From the IMG/VR virus record IMGVR_UViG_3300027659_000014, positions 42,181 through 106,180 of that record: DNA of 64,000 bases. One strand, given 5' to 3'. The translations under genes were made by a program, and so were the position numbers. Positions 55,827-64,000 of the stretch are shown here, piece after piece (position 1 is the first letter of the stretch; every line of letters begins with the position of its first letter). Under the pieces are notes generated by a model. The model was given only the letters and a program-made list of their open reading frames with translations. It did no database searches and was not told where the DNA came from. Source of the DNA: a virus.

Positions 55827-55868
55827 AGTTTTTTTATTATAAATATCTAATAAAACAAAAAAAACATT

Positions 55869-58800
55869 TTAAGGTATTGATTTAACAATATTAAATGACT
55901 CTCTAAATTTATTTTCAATTGTTTTTTTATTTTGTTCAGTCATTTTATCATAAACACTGTCAGGTTGGTTAACCGGCCATCTTAATATAAATGCTTTACT
56001 AAGAGCTGTTATTTGTTCGTCAGTAGTTGTTAATGGTTGATTTGAAATAAATGATAGTTTTTCTTTAAATTTACTTATTACAAATTTTACGAAGAACTCA
56101 TCGCTCCTAAATATTGCAAGTGGTATATTTTGTGTTGATCCTTGGTTTACACAATAATATTTGTTTTCCATCAAAAATGATGACCCCCCATAAGCAACAT
56201 CTAACCTTATTGATCCATAATTATGACCATATGCCTCAAATTTATCAGATTTATAAGAATTGATATACATCACAGAAAATATAAATGCCAACATTAAAGT
56301 TTGATTTTCTGTCGTGATGTTAGCACTTATCATTTCCTTTTTAATTAATTCAATAGAATTTTTTAATGTTATTTTAGTAATAGTAGGGGTTTCAATTGTA
56401 TAGTTTGTATAAGAACTATTTAAATTATCCGAACAATTTTGATTTGGGGTTAAAGAACCATTACCATTATTTGTATTGTTAATAATATCATTTTGTTCTT
56501 GTAATATATTTTCGGGAGAATCTAGTTTAGCGGTTTCATCTTTTTCTATTTGTTCTTTAATTGATAATAATATTGTGGTACTTAACGATTGTAAAAATTT
56601 ATCTATTGCCGGAATACTATAAAATGGTTGTCTTTGTCCTTCAAACTCAGTATCAAAACCATTGTCACTTATTCTATGACTAACTTTCGTAATCATATAT
56701 GGACCACTAAACATAGGTACGTTTCTTAAGTTAAAATACATCATTGGTTGAATCATTGCATTACCTAACATATCAATACTACACTTATAACTTCTATTTC
56801 TATATAAGTTATAAAGAGATACGCTCTGTGTTGATTCACTTCTGTTTCTATTTAAATTAGCCATCTGATTTAATACTTCTAAACTTTCTGTTGTTGGAAG
56901 TCCAGGGTCTTGACTTATATCAAATTGTTTGAATATTTGTTGATTTTGAGGTCCAATATCAACATTAAAACCAACAACCTTATTTGATTTATCCCAATCT
57001 GTTTTTCCGTTTAAATTGTCAAGTAATGGATTATCACTTGATCTTCTTAAATCAAAAGCATCATCTCTAAAACGATAATCCACATTATCATTTAATGCTA
57101 AATGTTCACTAGGTTTATTGGCATATAAACATAAAAATTTTGATGTTGTATCCCGATAATCTAATGTTAAAAATGTTCCAAATAAGGAATTTGCAAACTC
57201 TAATGTCCCTTCCGGATTTGGTGTTGGGTTTTTACTAACGTTTTGTACATTATAAAAATTAGCGTACGCCGGCATAGTAAAGTATGTAAAATTATTTTGA
57301 GTTAAAATAGTTGTTACCGTATCCACCATTTTATTACCATGGTCACCATATTCTATTAATTCTTTTACTTTAAAAATGTCGGCATATATTTTTTGACCAA
57401 CATCTCTACTTGCTCTATCGAACAATAAAATGTCTTCAAATAGTGTTTTTGTTTTATAGTCATTACCTGAAATAAATTTGTCATTTATAGATTTAAATGT
57501 GTCCCATATTTCATATCTTGTTTGTTCTCCCTGTAAATTAGATTTAACACTATTTCTATCAGGAGTAACTATTACGTTTGGTAATTTATTTCTTAATCTT
57601 GTTAATTCTAAATCAAGTACTGTATCAATATAATCTTCATTTTTGTTTAAATAATCATTCATTAAAGTATAAAACTCAATTTTAGTTATATTATTTTTTT
57701 TAAGTTTCTGTGTTGCATAAATTTTTATTATCGGAGCAAACTGAATAACATTTTTTTCATTAAATTGAACATCTAAATCAATAAAAAAATCTGTAATATA
57801 TGATCCATTATTTTTATATTTTAATTCGGGTATTTCTGAAAACCCAACATAAGTCTCTAAAGCTTTCCAAGTAACCGGATTATTTGTTTTTGATTGTAAT
57901 AAAGTAACAGGACTTAATAATCCATTTGGTAAAGTGTTTGGTGATGATTGTTTATATCCTTGATATGTATATGGATTCTCAATATATTTATTTGAAAAAG
58001 TATAAAATAATTTTTTATCAAAGTTTGACGGGTTACCATATTTCATCACAACCTCATAATCCATAAATTTAGTTAAATAAGATTTAAATGCGGTAATTTG
58101 ACTATTTTGTATTTCTGAAACAATGGAGTCACCATTTGTTGCTGTTGGTACCGGAATTTTCATCATTGTTCTCATTAACAATTGGAAATTTTTACACATT
58201 TTTTCACTTTCTGTCTCTTCATCTGTTACAGATGTAATTAATGTGTCATAATCATATACCGATCTACCAAAATTTAAAAACTCTATCTCTAAAATGTCCA
58301 AAATATTTTTATCAAACGATGTAAACATTTCATCCAATTTAGAGTAATCACCTATATCCCCATTTATTGAAAAATTTTGTTGTGTTGTACCACTATTATA
58401 AATTTCTTTTAAATAACTGTCAGGACTTGGGGGAACGACTTTATTATTATTGAAATACCCATAATTTGGTGCTTTCCAAAATAATCTTACAGAACCATTA
58501 TACATTGAATTATTACCTGAAACCTCTGTTTTAATAGTTCCATTTATTCTAAAACACTCATCTTTAGTTTGATTTATTATTCCCCCAAATGAAGGAAGGG
58601 GATAAATAGAAGTTTGATCTGTTGTTTTTACATAACAAGACCAAGGTGTTAATGTTAATGAACGTGTAACATTAGGAAAATCAAACCCATTAGATTTATT
58701 AATTAAAGAACCAGTTGTTTTAACCATTCCTAAGTTTGTATTTAAGGCAGATTGTATTTCCGAACTAACATATCCAACAGAATTAACATTACTCAAATTA

Positions 58801-61800
58801 AAATTAAATGTTGGACCAAAAAGACCTACAGTAATTGTTGTACCATTTGGTAATTGATTAGGGGTTATTATATATCTACCAACACCGCCAGTTGTTCCAC
58901 TTATCTGAGAAACTATTGTTGTACCATATTGTAATGAAGCACCAGATAGTGTCATTCCACTAATAATTTCGTTTCCGTTTATTGTTAATACTTCTAATTG
59001 ATTATCATTAACTATTGCACAAGTACCCCCAATTGGTATTACACTATCAAAAACAACTTTTCCTTGATAAAAAACATTAAAATCATCTATTGTTTTTGGG
59101 TAAAAACCATTATTAATAATTGTTTTTACATAATTGATTCCAAGAACATTTGTTGTTATATTACCCTCTAATATAATTTCTTGTGGTGAACCATCAATAG
59201 TAACGTTATAAGATTTTGTTGTTGCACTATTAACGGGGTCGTAATTATATGAATAATTAAAATTGTTCCAAACTTCGGTTAAAATATCATTTCCAGTTTC
59301 AACCCAAGTTTTGTATCTATGCCAAAGTGATCCATATTTTAAAATCCAAGCGTGTGGTAATCTATGTATTGCACCAAATTTTTTAATTGTTGATATAATA
59401 TAACTTAATTCATTTGTGGAATTATTAGTATCATCAAGTAATTTGTATTTTTCTTTTAATGTTGCTAAAGGTAAACTATTTAAAAATAGATAAGCCGCCA
59501 ATTTATATGGGGAAGAATCTCCACTATTATATCTAAAATTATAAACTCCTTTTTGAATTGCATTTATAAAATAGGGGGTGTTCAACATTGAAGTTGTTTG
59601 TTCGTCTATTAAATTGTCAGTATAATTTTTATAAAAAACATTTCCTTCTGTTATATATTGATTTTTAATTTGTCTATTTTTATAAAATAGTTTTAAATTA
59701 CCATTTATAATTGATTGATTAAAAATGTCATCAGTATAATTAAAATTAGTTATTGGTTTTATAATTTTATTTTCAGTAAAATTAACAATTGATTTATTAT
59801 TTAAATCATATTTTAAAACATCAGAAGTCTTATATACTAATTCTGTATTTTTTATTGTCGTACCGTTTGCTAAATAATTGTTGTCCCAAGATAAATTAGT
59901 TATTGGGTACAAATCACATATGTCATATTTTTCAATTACATTGTCAATCCCAACATATTTTTCAACTAATTCCGTATTTTCTATTCCAACATTTGGTTGG
60001 GATATTTCATTAATTAATATCTTAGCATCTAAAAGATTGAATGAGCTTAATGTTTCATTTTTAATATATGGTGTATTAAATTCTCCTCTAATAAAATTTT
60101 GCCAAGATATTCCCTCTCCTTGATTTGAGATATGTCTTAAAAATCCTCCATAGACTCCTGAATTAATATTATATTCTTTTAATTTTTTAGTTAGATATGG
60201 GTTGTCATCACCTAACGCTTTTATAATGTTAATAACTTCTGACTCGGCAGAATAAAACTCCATATTATATAATTTTGAAGAGTCTCTAGACATTAAACTA
60301 TAAAATGAATTTAACATTAATCTTTCATATATTTCATAAAAAAATTTTACTTCTTCTGTATTTTGAAATACTTGATTATTAATTGGAAATTCAATAGCAT
60401 TAAAACTTAATCTTTCAGGTTTTGTTAATCCATTATTAATATATTCAGGATCCGGAATTGGGGTTTCTCTTTCTGTATATGCCTTTATAAATTCTTCAAC
60501 AAACTCGACTTCAGGCCATATTTCAGGTATAAAAGCGTTTATTTTTCCCGATAAAACCGGATCACCAGGATATTTTAATTCATATTTTTCCCCACCATCG
60601 TTTTTTGTATTTTCAACAATTAATTGTGGCCAAGGATATATTGGGGTATTTTCTTCACCATCGTTTTTTACGTCAACACTAGGGACCGTTGAATTACTAC
60701 CAAATACGGCATCTTTTCTATATTTATCTTCCCTTAAATTCCAAGCCTTTGTATGTACATCATCCATCAGACGTAAAAAAGCTTCCCCTTGAGCAAAAAA
60801 TACTGCTAAAATATTCCTCATTGTTGGTTCAAAACCAATACCAGTTGACGTATTACTCATTTGATCCGCTAATTGTGCGGTTAAAGATTCTTCAATTTTT
60901 TGTCTGTTTATTTGATATTTTTGTTGCATTACTTTTGTTTGATTTAAAAAGTAACCTTTACCATCAAATTGAAAATTTTTATTTTTCTGAAATTCGATTT
61001 CTAATGTTTTTGTAAAAGCGGAAACTTCGGATGGAATTCCGGGTAATTCTTTATTTGTTCTTAACAAATATGTTTTATTAATGTTAACATCAATAAACTT
61101 TGATTTAGTGTAACAAGTATTTAATTCAATTTTGTTCGGAATATAATTTGGTTGATTTAAACCTAATGTTTTATTCTTTTCAAGTGCAAGATTAAATTTT
61201 TTGATTATTCCATCAAGTTCATTTAGTGGCGCGGATTGTTTTGTAATATCGTCCCTGTATTCTTTTTTCCATTGGTATATTATTTCTTCACTATCTTTAA
61301 GTACAAAAATATTATTCACATCTAAATATTGTTTTACCCAAGAATCAGGAGTATAATAAAAAACATACCCATCATATTCGGTTAGTTGGGTTGTGTAATC
61401 TGTTAAATCATTTAAAACATTTAAGTTAGTTTTTTTAAAACTATCTATTATATTTTTAATAAACCTATCTAACCTATACTTTAATTGTTGTATTGTTATT
61501 TCAGGGAAATTATCATTAATTAATCCTTTTGATTTATATTCAGAATATAATTCTTTCATTTTTTGATATCCCTCACTTGCAAATGTTTTTTTAACGGGTA
61601 TTGAATTATTAGTACTATTATTTGGTTGGATTTGTTTTGTTGTAACAATTGACTTGTACATTAATGGTGTTCCCATCATGGCTCCAAAAGTAACATGAGA
61701 CATAATTGTGTATTTATATGTTTTCAGTTCTAATTTTACCCTAAAGTTACCAGAACTTGGATCAAATGAAGATCCAAATTTTTCTAACATTAATGGTATT

Positions 61801-62414
61801 CTAATTGCTTTACCCAAATATCCTTTTATGGTTAAATGAAAAAGTGGGTATGGGAATTGAAAAAATGCTGCGTATGGAGAATTATTACCACCTTCAAACA
61901 ACGATCTTCCTTTTACGTCTTCAAGAGTAATATCGATCGTAGGTACAAAATCTAAACCACAACTATAATTTATTTGTGTTATACCTAATAATCCATTATC
62001 AACAGCGCCAGGTACCCCATTTGATATTAAACTTTGACTATAATAAAAGTCTTCTGAATTATCAGGATTTACACTAACCGATTTTTTTGGTTGGTTAACA
62101 CCTTTTCCAGTTAAAGTATTTTTTCCTGTTATTTCATCTGACCATCCATTGTCTAAAAATTTTTTAAACCCTGGATTTAAAAAATTAATTTTACCAACAG
62201 ATATAGTTTTAACTGATTCGTTTAGTGAAACACCTAAAGCTAATTTAGTTCTTGGTAATACAGAACATTCTAAATTAGCGTAGAACACAAGATTTTCGTG
62301 ATCTATAAGTCTTTCTTTTGGTCTACCTTCTTCATCAATTATTTTATTTGGGTCAATTACTGATATGTTTTGGTAATCAAATTCTACTAATATATTTTCT
62401 CCGTTATTTACCAT
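55869..62414 (-). CDS. 2181-aa baseplate hub-like protein (gp27/GpD-like ends with large inserts)
   Basis: N-terminal GITQINY...IDITLEDVKG; C-terminal CSIDMLGNAMIQPMMYF...SGPYMITKVSHRI...FDTEFEG typical of hub proteins. Confidence 0.65.
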   Translation of the reverse strand: MVNNGENILVEFDYQNISVIDPNKIIDEEGRPKERLIDHENLVFYANLECSVLPRTKLALGVSLNESVKTISVGKINFLNPGFKKFLDNGWSDEITGKNTLTGKGVNQPKKSVSVNPDNSEDFYYSQSLISNGVPGAVDNGLLGITQINYSCGLDFVPTIDITLEDVKGRSLFEGGNNSPYAAFFQFPYPLFHLTIKGYLGKAIRIPLMLEKFGSSFDPSSGNFRVKLELKTYKYTIMSHVTFGAMMGTPLMYKSIVTTKQIQPNNSTNNSIPVKKTFASEGYQKMKELYSEYKSKGLINDNFPEITIQQLKYRLDRFIKNIIDSFKKTNLNVLNDLTDYTTQLTEYDGYVFYYTPDSWVKQYLDVNNIFVLKDSEEIIYQWKKEYRDDITKQSAPLNELDGIIKKFNLALEKNKTLGLNQPNYIPNKIELNTCYTKSKFIDVNINKTYLLRTNKELPGIPSEVSAFTKTLEIEFQKNKNFQFDGKGYFLNQTKVMQQKYQINRQKIEESLTAQLADQMSNTSTGIGFEPTMRNILAVFFAQGEAFLRLMDDVHTKAWNLREDKYRKDAVFGSNSTVPSVDVKNDGEENTPIYPWPQLIVENTKNDGGEKYELKYPGDPVLSGKINAFIPEIWPEVEFVEEFIKAYTERETPIPDPEYINNGLTKPERLSFNAIEFPINNQVFQNTEEVKFFYEIYERLMLNSFYSLMSRDSSKLYNMEFYSAESEVINIIKALGDDNPYLTKKLKEYNINSGVYGGFLRHISNQGEGISWQNFIRGEFNTPYIKNETLSSFNLLDAKILINEISQPNVGIENTELVEKYVGIDNVIEKYDICDLYPITNLSWDNNYLANGTTIKNTELVYKTSDVLKYDLNNKSIVNFTENKIIKPITNFNYTDDIFNQSIINGNLKLFYKNRQIKNQYITEGNVFYKNYTDNLIDEQTTSMLNTPYFINAIQKGVYNFRYNSGDSSPYKLAAYLFLNSLPLATLKEKYKLLDDTNNSTNELSYIISTIKKFGAIHRLPHAWILKYGSLWHRYKTWVETGNDILTEVWNNFNYSYNYDPVNSATTKSYNVTIDGSPQEIILEGNITTNVLGINYVKTIINNGFYPKTIDDFNVFYQGKVVFDSVIPIGGTCAIVNDNQLEVLTINGNEIISGMTLSGASLQYGTTIVSQISGTTGGVGRYIITPNQLPNGTTITVGLFGPTFNFNLSNVNSVGYVSSEIQSALNTNLGMVKTTGSLINKSNGFDFPNVTRSLTLTPWSCYVKTTDQTSIYPLPSFGGIINQTKDECFRINGTIKTEVSGNNSMYNGSVRLFWKAPNYGYFNNNKVVPPSPDSYLKEIYNSGTTQQNFSINGDIGDYSKLDEMFTSFDKNILDILEIEFLNFGRSVYDYDTLITSVTDEETESEKMCKNFQLLMRTMMKIPVPTATNGDSIVSEIQNSQITAFKSYLTKFMDYEVVMKYGNPSNFDKKLFYTFSNKYIENPYTYQGYKQSSPNTLPNGLLSPVTLLQSKTNNPVTWKALETYVGFSEIPELKYKNNGSYITDFFIDLDVQFNEKNVIQFAPIIKIYATQKLKKNNITKIEFYTLMNDYLNKNEDYIDTVLDLELTRLRNKLPNVIVTPDRNSVKSNLQGEQTRYEIWDTFKSINDKFISGNDYKTKTLFEDILLFDRASRDVGQKIYADIFKVKELIEYGDHGNKMVDTVTTILTQNNFTYFTMPAYANFYNVQNVSKNPTPNPEGTLEFANSLFGTFLTLDYRDTTSKFLCLYANKPSEHLALNDNVDYRFRDDAFDLRRSSDNPLLDNLNGKTDWDKSNKVVGFNVDIGPQNQQIFKQFDISQDPGLPTTESLEVLNQMANLNRNRSESTQSVSLYNLYRNRSYKCSIDMLGNAMIQPMMYFNLRNVPMFSGPYMITKVSHRISDNGFDTEFEGQRQPFYSIPAIDKFLQSLSTTILLSIKEQIEKDETAKLDSPENILQEQNDIINNTNNGNGSLTPNQNCSDNLNSSYTNYTIETPTITKITLKNSIELIKKEMISANITTENQTLMLAFIFSVMYINSYKSDKFEAYGHNYGSIRLDVAYGGSSFLMENKYYCVNQGSTQNIPLAIFRSDEFFVKFVISKFKEKLSFISNQPLTTTDEQITALSKAFILRWPVNQPDSVYDKMTEQNKKTIENKFRESFNIVKSIP

Positions 62415-62727
62415 AATAGAATATGTGATTATCTAATTCGTTTTTATAATCCTGTAATGAAGTTAACAACGGATATGGAATTGTCAATACCGCACCATCA
62501 GGAATATTAAATTCAAGTCCAGTATATTGTGGGTTTGATTGTAAAATTAACCAACCAAAAAATGGTGAATTGTAATGTTGTTGAGACACTTTATCTAATC
62601 TAGACGTACCAACCTTATAAATATATCTTTTATCTGATGATTTTGACGGCAAATTAATATACGGAACAACGGTTTGTTTTCCGTTAAGTAAAAATGAATT
62701 ATATCTATTATAATACTGTAACTGCAT
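62404..62727 (-). CDS. LysM/Tail-X/gp53-like baseplate protein
   Basis: RLDKVSQQHYNSPFFGWLILQSNP...IPDGAVLTIP. Confidence 0.8.
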   Translation of the reverse strand: MQLQYYNRYNSFLLNGKQTVVPYINLPSKSSDKRYIYKVGTSRLDKVSQQHYNSPFFGWLILQSNPQYTGLEFNIPDGAVLTIPYPLLTSLQDYKNELDNHIFYYGK

Positions 62728-62728
62728 A

Positions 62729-64000
62729 TTAATTAAATTTTATTTTACCATTATATTTATCATTAGTATTTAAGTTTTGTTTACTATATAGGTCCGATAT
62801 TCTTTTTTCATACATTGAGTAATTTGGGTCATTTTTGTCTGTAGTATACCCTACTTTAACATCAAAAGGGGGTATTTCAAAATTTTGAAACTTTTCATAT
62901 TCAGGACTTTTTTCATAATCATTAAATATTGTATTTTCATTTTCTTTTTCTGTTTTACATTGTTTTCTATAGTCGTCAAATCTATTTTTTAAATCAGATA
63001 CTAATTTTGGGTTAGATTTTATTTTTTCTAATGAGGTTAAACTTTCTATAAAAGAAGTATATTTGTTATCATCTAACATTACATCAGACATTACCATATA
63101 AAATCTTTTTTCTTCATCATTTCCAAATGGTCTAAATCCTGGAACAGAATTTGGAAAGTTCATTACGTTAATACTTTCACTATATATGGGCGAATCTATT
63201 ATATATCTATTTAACATAACACCAAAAAATTCGGTGATTCCTGATGCAACATTAGTCTTATATACATTAAGTATTGAATCAGATACAGTTGTTGCACTAG
63301 ATCCTGTAAAAATATAAACTTTTGGTTTACCAGTCTCTAATAATATTCCATCAATTTTTGATATAACCACATCAGTTTTTCTAAAAGTATAGTTTAAATT
63401 TTCTTGATAACTTGTGAGTTCATTAATTGACCCAATAACAAAATTGTTTATTTCACCTTCTCTATTTTTTAAAATATCCTCTAATTTGTTTTTGACTTGT
63501 CTTTGTGCAGCATTAGTGTATTCAGTATCGTTAACAATATCTTTAATAACGGGAGATAAGTCATTTTTACAATCGTTTACCGCATTGTCAACAAGATTTT
63601 TTATTAATTTTTCAACATCATCAGGTTTACCATAAATTTTTAATGGAGCCGGGCTTCCAAATTCACTAATGTTTCCATCAAAATATTTTCTTTTAAAATT
63701 AACAAGTTGTAATATTCCGTAATTAGAAATGTCATTGATACTTTTTAACTTGTTATATATTGTTGAAAAGAAATCTTTAGTTGATGTTGATAACTCACTA
63801 ATAAGTCCACTATAATCTAATTCACCCGTCTCTATAGTACCATCATCGTTGGAACTTGCTCCAAGTATTTTTCCAATTGTTTCTCCTCCTTTTTGAGGTA
63901 TATTGTTTGGTATGTCACCAACAGTTGGAGGAGAGGATGAATTAGGGACAAGTTTACCAACAATAGCGTTATCCCTTTCCGATGTGTCTTCTGTTGCAAC
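62729..64000 (-). CDS. Large putative structural protein, 3' part; starts beyond the window
   Basis: The frame is open from 64000 (VATEDTSERDNAIVGK...) into the listed 62729..63370 ORF, so the listed GTG start is internal. Confidence 0.8.
   Translation of the reverse strand, partial: VATEDTSERDNAIVGKLVPNSSSPPTVGDIPNNIPQKGGETIGKILGASSNDDGTIETGELDYSGLISELSTSTKDFFSTIYNKLKSINDISNYGILQLVNFKRKYFDGNISEFGSPAPLKIYGKPDDVEKLIKNLVDNAVNDCKNDLSPVIKDIVNDTEYTNAAQRQVKNKLEDILKNREGEINNFVIGSINELTSYQENLNYTFRKTDVVISKIDGILLETGKPKVYIFTGSSATTVSDSILNVYKTNVASGITEFFGVMLNRYIIDSPIYSESINVMNFPNSVPGFRPFGNDEEKRFYMVMSDVMLDDNKYTSFIESLTSLEKIKSNPKLVSDLKNRFDDYRKQCKTEKENENTIFNDYEKSPEYEKFQNFEIPPFDVKVGYTTDKNDPNYSMYEKRISDLYSKQNLNTNDKYNGKIKFN

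Noticed and set aside
2138-63635. Many short ORFs antisense or out of frame within long genes (e.g. 2373-2615, 8160-8504, 12849-13196, 19990-20289, 22646-22855, 42984-43394, 55300-55515, 63414-63635)
   Set aside because: Shadows of well-supported genes, with composition mirroring the real frame
1-64000. Stop-codon reassignment, introns/inteins, diversity-generating retroelement, transposase
   Set aside because: Core genes are full length in code 11 with no evident insertions; no reverse transcriptase, template/variable repeat pair or transposase motif was seen
1-64000. Eukaryotic giant virus or bacterial chromosome origin, suggested by eukaryote-like NrdAB, DnaJ and mucin-like repeats
   Set aside because: gp25/gp6 baseplate genes, gp32-like SSB, a sigma-70 and overlapping operons indicate a tailed phage; this NrdAB subtype also occurs in Bacteroidota

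Overview
A 64-kb, strongly AT-rich, densely coding segment of a large (jumbo-type) contractile-tailed dsDNA phage, almost all on the minus strand. The host is probably in Bacteroidota. Evidence: a Bacteroidota-type sigma-70, an Hc1-like histone H1 protein, a DUF6576-like tail, SprB-like repeats, TTTG-N20-TAnnTTTG promoters and no Shine-Dalgarno sites. Modules are (i) accessory, head-associated and lysis-like genes (Dam-type MTase fragment, DnaJ, Hc1, amidase-fold protein, spanin-like pair); (ii) recombination and replication genes (sigma factor, SbcC/SbcD, PD-(D/E)xK nuclease, primase, RuvC, NrdAB, DnaB-like helicase, 5'-3' exonuclease, RecA/UvsX, gp32-like SSB); and (iii) baseplate and tail genes (gp25, gp6, wedge, hub, LysM/gp53-like). 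The best candidate for a new system is a glycosyltransferase whose motifs follow the plant peptidyl O-glycosyltransferases HPAT (GT95) and SERGT1 (GT96) in order. It sits among four Cys-rich, putative virion surface proteins with mucin-like (TP)n and poly-Thr linkers, which suggests a phage-encoded virion O-glycosylation system. The second candidate is an unannotated ~130-nt GC-rich RNA element (9493-9623, minus strand) with an H-type pseudoknot, a T-loop and a loop-loop pairing. Several real ORFs missing from the ORF track were recovered. All family calls come from motif recognition by eye, not from database searches.
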